Shown here: positions 37,825 through 49,121 of the stretch, piece by piece | Numbering within the stretch: the first letter of the stretch is position 1 | Layout: each line of letters opens with the position of its first letter | DNA from: Candidatus Omnitrophota bacterium | Lineage (GTDB): Bacteria; Omnitrophota; Gorgyraeia; Duberdicusellales; 4484-171 | Assembly: GCA_037146775.1 (NCBI GenBank) | Contig: JBAWWL010000006.1 | Coordinates: forward strand, 15,120 to 79,119 | Direction of reading: 5' to 3' | DNA: 64,000 bases | Translations under genes and position numbers: made by a program | The notes under the pieces: model-generated | Told to the model about the DNA's origin: nothing | Databases searched by the model: none | Seen by the model: the letters and a program-made list of their open reading frames with translations, nothing else

Positions 37825-38679
37825 CTAGCAGAATTCGCGAGGCAGCTCTTGGCGGGCTCTTGCATGCTGAATCACAAGACGGGCGTCTTCTTCGCGGATT
37901 TTAACCGTTTCTACGCCTATGTCAAATGCGTGCTCCGATAGCTGCGTAACTCTTACAATTTTGACCACAGCCGAGATGGGGGAAACAGAAACTTCCTTTG
38001 GAAGGTCGATTTGCAATACTACATAAGAGCCTACCGGCAGAACTTTTTCCGACTGAAACAAAAACCCATGAAAACTTATATTTTTTGTTTGAGATCGTCT
38101 ATACTGTTCTTGCAAAGGAAAATGTATGTCGATTTTGGCGTTTAACCGGACCGACCTCCGACGTTCACTGCCATCATACCGATCATCATCCAGAGATATC
38201 GCAACCCCATGATCACTTTTACCTGCGCCAGGGGTAATAGTAATATGATAATAGTTTTCAATGGCTTTTATGATATCTGAAATGAGGCCTACAAAAGGTT
38301 GTATTCTGTAGCCGGTTTTCTCTTCAACCTCTCTGATAGCGTCAGTATCAGCCGGATCAGCCATAACTACCGTGATAACGTTATCTATCTTATCTATCGG
38401 AATAAGCCAGTATTTCTGGACTAGATCTTGAGGTATAAGCCGGATAATATCTTGAGGAATTGCATACGCTTCCAGAGGAAGATAAGGAAAACCAAACTGG
38501 GCACAGATGCATTTGGCCAAATCCTCTTCCTTTATATACTTCGCAGTAAGTAAATATTGCGTTACGCCTATGCCGGACTTACTCTGATAGTGAAGCGCTT
38601 CTTTTAAAATATCTTCGGTAATAAGTTTATGCTCTAATAAAATTTGGCCTATTTTTTTCTTCTTCAAAACTGAAAACAT
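37825..38679 (-). CDS. MshEN (T2SSE_N)-PilZ fusion c-di-GMP receptor
   Basis: Tandem 24-residue MshEN motifs KIGQILLEHKLITEDILKEALHYQ and GVTQYLLTAKYIKEEDLAKCICAQ; C-terminal PilZ (ERRRSVR, NISFHG). Confidence 0.7.
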   Translation of the reverse strand: MFSVLKKKKIGQILLEHKLITEDILKEALHYQSKSGIGVTQYLLTAKYIKEEDLAKCICAQFGFPYLPLEAYAIPQDIIRLIPQDLVQKYWLIPIDKIDNVITVVMADPADTDAIREVEEKTGYRIQPFVGLISDIIKAIENYYHITITPGAGKSDHGVAISLDDDRYDGSERRRSVRLNAKIDIHFPLQEQYRRSQTKNISFHGFLFQSEKVLPVGSYVVLQIDLPKEVSVSPISAVVKIVRVTQLSEHAFDIGVETVKIREEDARLVIQHARARQELPREFC

Positions 38680-38831
38680 TTTTGTTTAAGGATGTCTTCT
38701 TATATGTCCATCTCAAATATCCGACACAACTGCAGGGAATGTTATCAAGCCGAAGTATTGTTCTGTTTCGAAAAAATTTTATTTGGATTTATACTTACCT
38801 TAAAAGTTTTCAGATGCCGCCATGCAAATAT

Positions 38832-39527
38832 TTACTTTATCTCGTAAGAAAGTATGATGGCTTCGGCGATTTCCTTCATATGTAAACGCCGGTTCATGCT
38901 CGCCTTACGAATGAGGTCGTAAGCTTCTTCTTCCGTAAGATGTTTTTCTTTCATTAGAATACCTTTCGCGCGTTCGACTTTTTTCCGCGCCTCCAACTCT
39001 TCCTGCGCGATACGAGCCTTCACCAACAACTCGGTATTCTCAATCGCAACCGCTGCCTGGTTCGCTACGGTGCTTAAAAGATCGATGTCTCTCTGGGCAA
39101 ACTTGTATACCTGAGTAGTGTAACAATTGATAACTCCAAACGCTTTATTTTTTACCATCATGGGAACGCTAAGCATCGATACCAAACCTTCTTTTTTAGC
39201 GAGCGTTTTTTCCTTATAACGCGCATCCAGGAGTACGTCAGCGATAAAAATCGGTTTTTTCTCTTTAGCGACAAGCCCGACTATCCCCTCCCCGACCTTC
39301 AAAGAACGTTCTTTCAGATAATCCTGACTCATTGCCTGGGTTGCCCGTATCTTTAACTCCTGCGTGCGCTCGTCTAAAAGCCATAAGGAGCAGATTTTTG
39401 CGCCCACCACGTTTGCGGTAAGTGTAACGATAAGCTTAAGCACATCTTCCAGATAAAGATCAGAAGTCATGGCTTTGCTTATTTTACTGAGAGTTTCAAG
39501 ATAATCTTTATATGGTGACTTCTTCAT
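38832..39527 (-). CDS. GAF and ANTAR domain RNA-binding regulator
   Basis: N-terminal GAF domain; the C-terminal ANTAR helix pair reads EARKKVERAKGILMKEKHLTEEEAYDLIRKASMNRRL. Confidence 0.75.
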   Translation of the reverse strand: MKKSPYKDYLETLSKISKAMTSDLYLEDVLKLIVTLTANVVGAKICSLWLLDERTQELKIRATQAMSQDYLKERSLKVGEGIVGLVAKEKKPIFIADVLLDARYKEKTLAKKEGLVSMLSVPMMVKNKAFGVINCYTTQVYKFAQRDIDLLSTVANQAAVAIENTELLVKARIAQEELEARKKVERAKGILMKEKHLTEEEAYDLIRKASMNRRLHMKEIAEAIILSYEIK

Positions 39528-39591
39528 AACACACGCGGCAAAGTTACGCTGTAGATTAAAATTTTTTTCGGATCGTATACCGGATTAGCCT

Positions 39592-40926
39592 CTATAAAAT
39601 AGGAAGATATGTCTTAGTTTCGTATTCGTGAACCTGTTTACGATACTCATCCCATTCAATCTTTTTGCTCATAATCAGGTTAGTAAATACATGTTCTCCT
39701 ACTGTTTCTTTCAGCAGCTCGCTTTTTTCTGTAATTTCAATAGCCTCAACTAAGCTGCCCGGAAGACACTTGACGCCCAGACTTTCCATCTCCTCGTAAC
39801 TTAGATTGTACACATCGCGTTCAAGCGGTTCAGCCAGCGGATATTTGTTTTCAATTCCTTTTAAACCTGCTGCCAGCATACAGGAAAATGCCAGATAAGG
39901 ATTACAGGCCGGATCCGGAGAACGAAACTCAATACGCGTGGCTTTTTCTTTACCGGGCTTATACATAGGAACCCGCACGAGGGTGCTGCGATTGCGGCGC
40001 GCCCAGCAGATATAAACCGGCGCCTCATAACCGGGAACAAGCCGCTTATAGGAATTAACCCACTGATTACACACTAAGGTTATTTCCGGAGCATGTTTTA
40101 ATAATCCGGCGATATAACTCTTCGCTTCCCCGGATAAATAATACTTATCATTAGGGTCAAAAAAAGCGTTCGCATTGCCCCTGAACAACGACTGATGGGT
40201 GTGCATACCGCTGCCATTGACTCCGAATATCGGCTTTGGCATAAATGTTACATAGAGACCGTATTTTTGCGCGATCTCTTTAGCCACCATTCGATAGACC
40301 ATGACAATATCCGCCATCGCCAAGGCATCGGTATAACGCAAATCAATTTCGTGCTGGGAAGGAGCAACTTCATGGTGTGAATATTCAACCTGGATCCCCA
40401 TCTCTTCTAACGTAAGAATAATTTCTCTGCGCACTTCATTTCCCGCATCAAGCGTGGTCAAATCAAAATATCCGCCCTCATCAATGACTTGAGTTGATTT
40501 TTCATCCTTAAATATAAAGAACTCAAGTTCCGGGCCGGTATAAAAAGTAAACCCCTTGGCCTTTGCTTTTTCCAAGTTTTTTCTCAAAATATAGCGTGAA
40601 TCGCCCTGGTAAGACGTGCCATCAGGATTAAGAATATCGCACAGCATTCCAGCAACAGCTTTCTCTTTTGGCCGATAAGGAAGCAAGGTAAAAGTGGTCG
40701 GATCAGGCATAGCCATCATATCCGACTCATCAATCCTGGCAAAGCCCTTAATCGACGAACCATCAAACCCCATACCTTCATTCAAGGCACCTTCAAGCTC
40801 GTCGCGCGTAATGGAAAAACCCTTCATCTGTCCGGTAATATCCGCAAACCAGAGCTTGATAAATCTGACATCTTTTTCTTTTACCATGTTTAAAATATCT
40901 TTTTTGCTGAAATTATTTTTACCCAT
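39592..40926 (-). CDS. glnA: Glutamine synthetase type I
   Basis: 444 aa with full GSI architecture; Shine-Dalgarno AGGAGGGG upstream. Confidence 0.9.
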   Translation of the reverse strand: MGKNNFSKKDILNMVKEKDVRFIKLWFADITGQMKGFSITRDELEGALNEGMGFDGSSIKGFARIDESDMMAMPDPTTFTLLPYRPKEKAVAGMLCDILNPDGTSYQGDSRYILRKNLEKAKAKGFTFYTGPELEFFIFKDEKSTQVIDEGGYFDLTTLDAGNEVRREIILTLEEMGIQVEYSHHEVAPSQHEIDLRYTDALAMADIVMVYRMVAKEIAQKYGLYVTFMPKPIFGVNGSGMHTHQSLFRGNANAFFDPNDKYYLSGEAKSYIAGLLKHAPEITLVCNQWVNSYKRLVPGYEAPVYICWARRNRSTLVRVPMYKPGKEKATRIEFRSPDPACNPYLAFSCMLAAGLKGIENKYPLAEPLERDVYNLSYEEMESLGVKCLPGSLVEAIEITEKSELLKETVGEHVFTNLIMSKKIEWDEYRKQVHEYETKTYLPIL

Positions 40927-40985
40927 ATCCCCTCCTTATTTTAGGGCATGTACGCAGTTAAAAAATCAGTAAAGCTCTTGATTAT

Positions 40986-41003
40986 CCGCAAACCGCTTGC
41001 CGG
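40986..41003 (-). promoter_or_regulatory. Candidate sigma54 (-24/-12) promoter or hairpin upstream of glnA
   Basis: The minus strand reads CGGCAAGCGGTTTGCG, with GG and GC at the correct spacing. The same sequence can also fold as AAACCG/CGGTTT. Confidence 0.3.
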
Positions 41004-41194
41004 TTTCACACAGAAAATATCCGGCAAAACTTGCTATTATTGTAGCAGGCTTTTTGAGTAAATCAATAATTAAGTACGGGTTTATGTTGACTTTTACGGG
41101 TGGATAAAAATAGAAAGATTTGAGGTTCGCAACATATACATTAAATAAAATACATCCGGAGCGCTTAGCTAACTATTCCACACAAATCCACTGC

Positions 41195-41740
41195 TCAATG
41201 TTCTTTGATGAACTTTTCACCGCTCCATGCCCACAATTCCCAAGTATCTAATTGTTCTGTCGAACAATCCGCGGTACCACTTTTATTCTTGCCGATCTTA
41301 ACCCGGCTTAAACCCGAATCAAAGTCTCCGTCTACACCGCAACTGCTTTCCGCAGTAAACAGCCTAGAGAGGCGATTGTCTTTTATATCATAGATAACCA
41401 AAGCAAGCATACCTTTTGCTTCATAATATACGACTATTTGCTTGTAGTCGTTATTATTTAGATCAATAAATTGTATTTTGGTAAACCGGCCGGGGACGGT
41501 AAATGTGTTCACCTTATTTTTGGACGGTTCCTTGTCCTTCTTGGTGATGGTGACCAACGCATCGGCTTGTGCATCAAACCTATCCGTGACTTCAACAACC
41601 TCCGCAATCATATCGTTATCCAAGTCAACTTTAAACTGCTCAACACCTTTGGGCAATTTCTCTTTTTTGCCATTCAGAGTAAGGCATGAGCTAAACGAAA
41701 CAGCCAGTAATACCAGAACCACTAAGCGCATTATTCCCAT
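41195..41740 (-). CDS. Hypothetical lipoprotein
   Basis: Signal peptide with lipobox FSSC; no recognisable domain. Confidence 0.4.
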   Translation of the reverse strand: MGIMRLVVLVLLAVSFSSCLTLNGKKEKLPKGVEQFKVDLDNDMIAEVVEVTDRFDAQADALVTITKKDKEPSKNKVNTFTVPGRFTKIQFIDLNNNDYKQIVVYYEAKGMLALVIYDIKDNRLSRLFTAESSCGVDGDFDSGLSRVKIGKNKSGTADCSTEQLDTWELWAWSGEKFIKEH

Positions 41741-41794
41741 GACGATACCCCCATAAAAAGTATTATAACCGTTTTTAATAATTGAACAATAGTT

Positions 41795-41838
41795 TATGTT
41801 AGGATGAAAACGAAAGAGGCATCCTCCCGTATCGGGAA
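41795..41838 (-). terminator. Rho-independent terminator after gdhA
   Basis: Stem AGAGGCATC...GATGCCTCT with an inner TCCCG/CGGGA stem at 41806-41838, followed on the minus strand by UUCGUUUUC. Confidence 0.5.
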
Positions 41839-41869
41839 GATGCCTCTGGATAGTTAACAGTTACGCTAA

Positions 41870-43246
<1,377 letters not shown>

Positions 43247-43260
43247 TTATTTTTATGTGG

Positions 43261-44679
43261 TTATTGGCTGACAGTATCAAGCATTGCTTGTGCAGCTTTT
43301 TTCGCCATCCCCATGGCCTCAATAACCGTTCCTTCTCCTCCGACGATATCACCGCCGGCAAAAACACCCTTTACCGAAGTCTCCATGGTATCCTGGTTTA
43401 CTATCACATCCGCGTAAGAATCTGTTTTTAGCTGCGGCGTAACACTGGTAAGTATCTGATTTGCCTTCAATCCTATGGCGATAATTGCTTCATCGCATTC
43501 CAATTCGAAATCACTGCCTTTGATCTCGATTGGCCGTCTGCGACCAGACGCATCCGGTTCGCCCAACTCACATTGTAAACATTTTATATTGTGTACCAAA
43601 CCCTGTTCATCGCCAAGAAACGCCTCTGGTTTCACCAAAAGCCTAAACTTCACGCCTTCTTCTTTAGCATGCTCAATCTCAAGGCGGCGGGCCGGCATCT
43701 CTATTTCGGTACGCCGATACAAAATAGTAGTATCGGGCGCTATATCATTCATTTTTTGCAACCTCAACGCTACGCGCGCTGAATCCATGGCGGTATTACC
43801 TCCGCCGACGACAACAATATGTCTGCCGATGGTAACAGGAGTATGGGTTTTAGGAAACGCATACGCTGACATGAGGTTCACTCGGGTCAAAAACTCATTC
43901 GCGGAATACACATTACAAAAATTTTCGCCCGGGATACCCAGAAATGATGGTATACCCGCTCCCAAACCAAGAAAAATTCCGGTATAACCCTGAGTGAAAA
44001 GTTCCTCCAAGGTGATATTTTTACCGACAATAAAATTCGGGATAAAAGTCACCCCCATGGCTTTTAACGAATTGATTTCGGAATCCAAAATATCTCGCGG
44101 AAGACGGAACGGAGGTATACCGTAGCGTAATACCCCTCCTAATTTATGCAAGCTTTCGAACATGTCGACTTTTATGCCGGCCCTGGCCAGTTCTCCGGCA
44201 CAGCATAACCCTGCCGGCCCGGAACCCACCACCGCCACCTTCTTAACGTTGGACGTTGGACGTTGAACGTTGAACGTTGAATTTTGATTATGCATCCCAT
44301 AGTCGCCGACAAACCGCTCAAGAAAATGTATGTTGATCGCCTGGTCGGACGCGTAAGGAGAACCTTTTTTCGTGAGCACGCAGGCATTACGGCACTGATA
44401 TTCCGCCGGGCACACTCTTCCGCAGATAGAAGGAAAATTATTTTTCTCTCTGATGGTAAGATACGCCCCTTGATAATCTTTTTGCGTAATCTGATAAATG
44501 AACTTTTTGATATCGATTCCCACAGGACAACCGGAACTACAGGCCGGATTTTTGCACTGCAGACAACGCGATGCTTCGTGAAGCGTCTCTTCTTCGCTAT
44601 AGCCGGCAACAACCTCCTGGAAATTATTAACCCTGACAGCGGCAGCCACTTCTTTAATCTTAACCGGATCTTTTCTCAT
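43261..44679 (-). CDS. nfnB: GltD-like FAD/NAD(P) oxidoreductase (NfnB/SudA-type, glutamate synthase small-subunit family)
   Basis: N-terminal Fe-S cysteine cluster, VAVVGSGPAGLCCA and a second NAD(P)-binding fold; paired with a PyrK-like subunit. Confidence 0.8.
   Translation of the reverse strand: MRKDPVKIKEVAAAVRVNNFQEVVAGYSEEETLHEASRCLQCKNPACSSGCPVGIDIKKFIYQITQKDYQGAYLTIREKNNFPSICGRVCPAEYQCRNACVLTKKGSPYASDQAINIHFLERFVGDYGMHNQNSTFNVQRPTSNVKKVAVVGSGPAGLCCAGELARAGIKVDMFESLHKLGGVLRYGIPPFRLPRDILDSEINSLKAMGVTFIPNFIVGKNITLEELFTQGYTGIFLGLGAGIPSFLGIPGENFCNVYSANEFLTRVNLMSAYAFPKTHTPVTIGRHIVVVGGGNTAMDSARVALRLQKMNDIAPDTTILYRRTEIEMPARRLEIEHAKEEGVKFRLLVKPEAFLGDEQGLVHNIKCLQCELGEPDASGRRRPIEIKGSDFELECDEAIIAIGLKANQILTSVTPQLKTDSYADVIVNQDTMETSVKGVFAGGDIVGGEGTVIEAMGMAKKAAQAMLDTVSQ
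44245..44279. repeat. 7-bp tandem repeat (RACGTTG, 5 units) inside the nfnB linker region
   Basis: aacgttg gacgttg gacgttg aacgttg aacgttg; translated on the minus strand it gives STFNVQRPTSNV, between the Fe-S domain and the FAD-binding domain. Confidence 0.7.
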
Positions 44680-45506
44680 TGCACCTTATGTAAATTGCAC
44701 ATATGTTTTTCCTGCGCCGCGTATACTCTGTTGCGCTTGGTAAGTTCATCCCAATCAACAGTCCACGCGTCAAATTCCGGGCCATCCACACAGCTAAAAC
44801 GCGTTTGGTTGTCAACCGTCACCCGGCAACACCCGCACATTCCTGTTCCATCAACCATAAGCGCATTAAGCGACACCATGGTTTTAGTCTGAAAATCCTT
44901 AGTAACCCCCGCAACGTTTTTCATCATTGGAATAGGGCCAACCGCATATACCAAACCGTAAGAACCCCGCGGCAACAACTCTTTTAAGACATCCGTCACA
45001 AAACCTTTCTTGCCATAAGAACCATCGTCAGTAGTAACATGAAACTCGTCAGAGATACTTCTTAGCTGCTGCTCCAGGATAAGCAACGTTTTGGTGCGCG
45101 CGCCCAAAATAGTCGTCAGGTGATTACCGGCGTCTTTTAAAGCTTTTGCTACCGGATAAATTTCCGCGATCCCCACTCCACCACCGACCAAAATCACTTT
45201 GCCATATTGTTTAATTGCGGTAGCATGCCCCAGTGGTCCGGCAAGCGCATACAAAGAATCGCCTTCTTGTAGCTGGGCCAATAATTTTGTGGTAAATCCC
45301 AACTCTTGAAAGATTAAAGTAATGGTGCCTTTAAGCGTATCGTTCGATACAACCGTAAGCGGTATACGTTCACCTTCTTCACGTACCATCAATACCACAA
45401 ACTGGCCCGGTTTTGCCTTACGAGCAATGTGTGGAACATGAACAGTTATGCGGATAACTCTCACTCCTCCCACATCGGAAAGTACTTCTTTTTCGGTTAT
45501 ATTCAT
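44676..45506 (-). CDS. nfnA: PyrK-like FAD/NAD-binding iron-sulfur subunit (NfnA/SudB-type)
   Basis: 276 aa; ferredoxin-NADP-reductase fold with a C-terminal [2Fe-2S] motif (CGCCRV); overlaps nfnB by 4 nt. Confidence 0.75.
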   Translation of the reverse strand: MNITEKEVLSDVGGVRVIRITVHVPHIARKAKPGQFVVLMVREEGERIPLTVVSNDTLKGTITLIFQELGFTTKLLAQLQEGDSLYALAGPLGHATAIKQYGKVILVGGGVGIAEIYPVAKALKDAGNHLTTILGARTKTLLILEQQLRSISDEFHVTTDDGSYGKKGFVTDVLKELLPRGSYGLVYAVGPIPMMKNVAGVTKDFQTKTMVSLNALMVDGTGMCGCCRVTVDNQTRFSCVDGPEFDAWTVDWDELTKRNRVYAAQEKHMCNLHKVQ

Positions 45507-45576
45507 TGGCTCACCTCTTGACTACAGAAACAACTGCGGATATATCCGTGGAATCTGCCATCTATCCGCCGGAAGC

Positions 45577-45624
45577 ATATAAAAAGATAAAGGCGTCCTC
45601 CTCATGGTGCGGAAAAGGACGCCT
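45577..45624 (-). terminator. Terminator-like hairpin downstream of cobO
   Basis: Stem AGGCGTCCT / AGGACGCCT with a 16-nt loop, followed on the minus strand by UUAUCUUUUUAUAU. Confidence 0.4.
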
Positions 45625-45760
45625 CTGTCCTAAAGCGCATTTATTGTACAACTGAAAAAATAACTGTCAAGAAAAAATTACTTTTTTACCTATTATATAC
45701 ACATCACTCATCTAAGCCCATTAAAACGTATCGAGATTACAAACGAAAAGCTCTCTATGC

Positions 45761-46285
45761 CTAATATTCGACGCCCTGCCTTGCGACACATTTCTTATCA
45801 AAAGGATGTTTTACCTTTTCAACATACGAAACATAATCAGCCAAGCGCAAAATCTCTGACGGCGCCCTTCGGCCAGTAACAACGACCTCTATGGCATGCG
45901 CTCTTTTGAGGATATCCGTCACTTTTTTACTTGCGACAAAACCTTCGGCAATGGCATCCAAAATTTCGTCGAAAACAATCATATCAAACTTTTTAGTTCT
46001 TATAAAACTTTCTATTTTTGTTAAACTTCTTTCAATGGATTTCTTGATCTGGCCTGTGTTGACTTTTTGATTCTTCAGAAACATGGGGTGAATTTGATTT
46101 TTAAAACGTTCAATGACAATGCCGGCCTTGTGCACACGCACTGCCCGTATTTCTCCGCAAGGATACTTGATGTCTTTCAAGAATTGCGCCACATATACAC
46201 GCCTGCCCCAACCCGACGCCCTCAACGCAAGCCCTAAGGCCGCAGTAGTCTTTCCCTTACCATTTCCTATATAACAATGGATCAT
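45761..46285 (-). CDS. cobO: Cob(I)yrinic acid a,c-diamide adenosyltransferase (CobO/BtuR)
   Basis: The P-loop reads GNGKGKTTAALG, as expected for this adenosyltransferase family; length is 174 aa. Confidence 0.8.
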   Translation of the reverse strand: MIHCYIGNGKGKTTAALGLALRASGWGRRVYVAQFLKDIKYPCGEIRAVRVHKAGIVIERFKNQIHPMFLKNQKVNTGQIKKSIERSLTKIESFIRTKKFDMIVFDEILDAIAEGFVASKKVTDILKRAHAIEVVVTGRRAPSEILRLADYVSYVEKVKHPFDKKCVARQGVEY

Positions 46286-46293
46286 TTACGCAC

Positions 46294-46941
46294 CTATTTC
46301 CAGACATATTTCAATGCCAGCCATCCCCCTAATACAAGCAATACGAAAACGACTGAAAGAATATCAAAATATTTTTCAATGGAATCAGCGATTTTTTTGC
46401 CGAAAATACGTAACGCCCCCGCAACAAGAAAAAACCTGCCTGCGCGGCCAATAATTGAAGCAACCACCAGGATGGTGAGCGAAATCTTAAACAAACCGGC
46501 GGCTATGGTAATCACCTTGTATGGTATTGGCGTAAAGGCAGCGGTGAATACCGTAAAAAACGCATTGTTGGCGTACATACGGCCGACTTGTTCGATCGTC
46601 GCCTGCATATGGTACATATCAACGATTCGCTTACCGACTAATTCATAGAATTCCCACCCAATCCAATATCCGAGTAACGCTCCACACACCGAGCCAACGG
46701 TACAAATGGTTGCGTAGCGAAACCATTTCTTAGGCTGGCCCAAAACCATAGCAATAAGCAAGACGTCGGGAGGAATAGGGAAAAAAGAACTTTCAATAAA
46801 TGCCACGCCAAAAAGCGCATAGGGTGCCCGTTTTGTTTGCGCCCAATGAATAGTCCAATCATACATTCTTTTAAGCCAGCGTATCGGTGCTTTTATGACA
46901 GATTTTATACCCATACACACTCCTTTTTTACGTAAACACAA
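46294..46941 (-). CDS. DedA-family membrane protein
   Basis: The GVAFIESSFFPIPPDVLLI segment matches the DedA family. Confidence 0.75.
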   Translation of the reverse strand: MCLRKKGVCMGIKSVIKAPIRWLKRMYDWTIHWAQTKRAPYALFGVAFIESSFFPIPPDVLLIAMVLGQPKKWFRYATICTVGSVCGALLGYWIGWEFYELVGKRIVDMYHMQATIEQVGRMYANNAFFTVFTAAFTPIPYKVITIAAGLFKISLTILVVASIIGRAGRFFLVAGALRIFGKKIADSIEKYFDILSVVFVLLVLGGWLALKYVWK

Positions 46942-47589
46942 TTAACAAAATCCGTATTTTCCCACCAATGGTACAAACATACAACCGCAGATTATTTCTT
47001 TGTCTATTCGCTCTTCATCTATCTTGGTAACCACCATCAAATCTTGACTGGCCAGCCCGCCAACCGGAAGTACAATTTTACCGCCTACTTTGAGCTGCGT
47101 AAGCCACTCTGGCGAGATAGCGGGCGCTGCCGCAGTAATAATGATTTTATCGTAAGGCGCGTGTTCTGACCAACCCAATGTTCCATCACCGATTGTAATT
47201 TCAACGACATAGCCCAAGGCGGTAAGCTGCACTTTCGCGCTTTGAGCCAAAAGCGGGATTCGTTCAACACTAAAAACCCGTGCCCCCAAAGAAGCTAAAA
47301 TTGCAGCCTGATAACCGCTGCCAGTACCTATCTCTAAAACCCGCTGTCCGGCACACAGCGCAAGTCTCTCTGTCATAAGAGCAACAATGTAGGGCTGAGA
47401 AATCGTCTGCCCCTCAGAGATAGCAAGAGGATAATCTTCGTAAGCCAGGTGCCGTTGATTTTCGGGAACAAAAAAATGGCGAGGAACGGCCCGTAAAGAC
47501 GCTAAAACGTTTTCGTTGCAAATCCCGCGTTTGATTATCTGGTCCGCTACCATTTTATCTCTGAGAGCCGTAAAATCAGCTTCTGTCAT
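46942..47589 (-). CDS. pcm: Protein-L-isoaspartate O-methyltransferase
   Basis: VLEIGTGSGYQAAILA SAM-binding motif; the PCMT signature reads SQPYIVALM. The maximal ORF extends to 47745. Confidence 0.8.
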   Translation of the reverse strand: MTEADFTALRDKMVADQIIKRGICNENVLASLRAVPRHFFVPENQRHLAYEDYPLAISEGQTISQPYIVALMTERLALCAGQRVLEIGTGSGYQAAILASLGARVFSVERIPLLAQSAKVQLTALGYVVEITIGDGTLGWSEHAPYDKIIITAAAPAISPEWLTQLKVGGKIVLPVGGLASQDLMVVTKIDEERIDKEIICGCMFVPLVGKYGFC

Positions 47590-48253
47590 GGTTGAGACGG
47601 AATAAAAGATTGATAAACCGCGCCGCATCGGCAAAGGGGCGAATATTACTTTTTTTATGTTTAAAATAAATGCTTTGAATGGGGATACTTTTAATTGCAA
47701 AGCCTGCCCGCGACGCATTAAACAATATTTCCGATTCGATTTCAAACTTATCGGTATGCACCTGTATTTTTTCCAGGACTTCTTTCTTGATCAAACGGAA
47801 CCCGCACTGAGAATCGGGAATAACTTGACGAGTAAGGCGCGAAATGAGCCAAGACATTAGTTTGTTCGTGATAATCCTGACTCTCGGCATAGAAAAAGGA
47901 TTATGCATGCGGTTGCCTAACACAAAATGCGTACCCCGGTTCGCCTCGTCTAAAAAAAGCGGTAAATCTGAAGGGGCATGCTGGCCGTCTGCATCCATAG
48001 TAATAAGATAATCGAATACCTCTCGCTCCAGGAGATACGCGATAGCTTCCCGTAACGATCTGCCCTTACCTAAATTTCTTTTGTGCCGGATAACATGGTG
48101 AGCGTGCTGCGCGGCAATACCATAAGTACAGTCCCCTGAACCATCGTCAACCACTATAGTAGCTAACCCGCGTTTTTTAAGCTCTTGCAGCAACACGCCC
48201 AAAGCCTCTCCTTCATTGTATGCCGGAATAACCACCCAAACCTTCATTTTCAC
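47576..48253 (-). CDS. Family 2 glycosyltransferase (polyprenol-phosphate sugar synthase-like)
   Basis: VVIPAYNE...VVDDGSGD...DADGQH motifs. Confidence 0.75.
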   Translation of the reverse strand: MKMKVWVVIPAYNEGEALGVLLQELKKRGLATIVVDDGSGDCTYGIAAQHAHHVIRHKRNLGKGRSLREAIAYLLEREVFDYLITMDADGQHAPSDLPLFLDEANRGTHFVLGNRMHNPFSMPRVRIITNKLMSWLISRLTRQVIPDSQCGFRLIKKEVLEKIQVHTDKFEIESEILFNASRAGFAIKSIPIQSIYFKHKKSNIRPFADAARFINLLFRLNHDRS

Positions 48254-48281
48254 CTACGTATACCTCACAACGAATCCGCTA

Positions 48282-49121
48282 TTATTCAAGCCAGTATTTT
48301 GTAAAAAGATACCATTGCTGAGGATATTTTTTCAGATATTTTTCCAAAACTTTCGCGTACGCTTCAAGTACCATTTCTTCGCTGGTTAGTTTTTGTCCCT
48401 GGATATCGATAGGTGCTTCAAATATTAAGCGGTAAAATATTCTTTTTTCCCGCACAAGAAATGCCGGAACGATACAAGCACCCGTTTTAAGCGCAAAAAA
48501 AGCCGGCCCCTTAGGAAGCCTCACTCGATGGCCCATCATGGTTATTTCGAGCCCTCCGCCAAAGAAATCTCTATCGCCCAAAAACGCCACAACGGTAGGC
48601 TCGCGCAACAAAGAAACGCATTTCCTTACCGTCACGCCTGCGGGAATAATATGTATACCGACCATTTTGCGCTGACGATTAAAAAGTTCATTGATACGCT
48701 GATCTTTATGAGGAAGAGCAACCGCGTGTACCGTGTAACCCAAAAGGGACGTAATCGCACCGGCAAGCTCATAATTACCCAGATGTGCGGTCACCGTTAA
48801 TACACCCTTGTTTCCATCGAGCGGCTGGGGCAGATACTCCAGCCCGCTAACGGTTACATATTTTTCAATAAAACGTTTATCCAGCTTTTCATATCGGAAA
48901 AAATCAACTAGGTAATACGCGAAATTGATAAAAACCTCTCGAGCCACACGCTTCGCTTCTTTGGCATCAGGAATAATAGCCGACAGGTTATACATAAGAG
49001 CTTCCCGCTCTTTTCTGGAAAAATAAAATTTAAGCACCGCTATGCACTTTGCGATGCGGTAGCAGAACACACGCGGAAAAATGAGCGTGAGTCTTTTCGC
49101 TAAAACATAAAAATAATACAT
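48282..49121 (-). CDS. LpxL/HtrB-like lysophospholipid acyltransferase
   Basis: 279 aa of the LPLAT superfamily (TAHLGNYE). Confidence 0.6.
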   Translation of the reverse strand: MYYFYVLAKRLTLIFPRVFCYRIAKCIAVLKFYFSRKEREALMYNLSAIIPDAKEAKRVAREVFINFAYYLVDFFRYEKLDKRFIEKYVTVSGLEYLPQPLDGNKGVLTVTAHLGNYELAGAITSLLGYTVHAVALPHKDQRINELFNRQRKMVGIHIIPAGVTVRKCVSLLREPTVVAFLGDRDFFGGGLEITMMGHRVRLPKGPAFFALKTGACIVPAFLVREKRIFYRLIFEAPIDIQGQKLTSEEMVLEAYAKVLEKYLKKYPQQWYLFTKYWLE

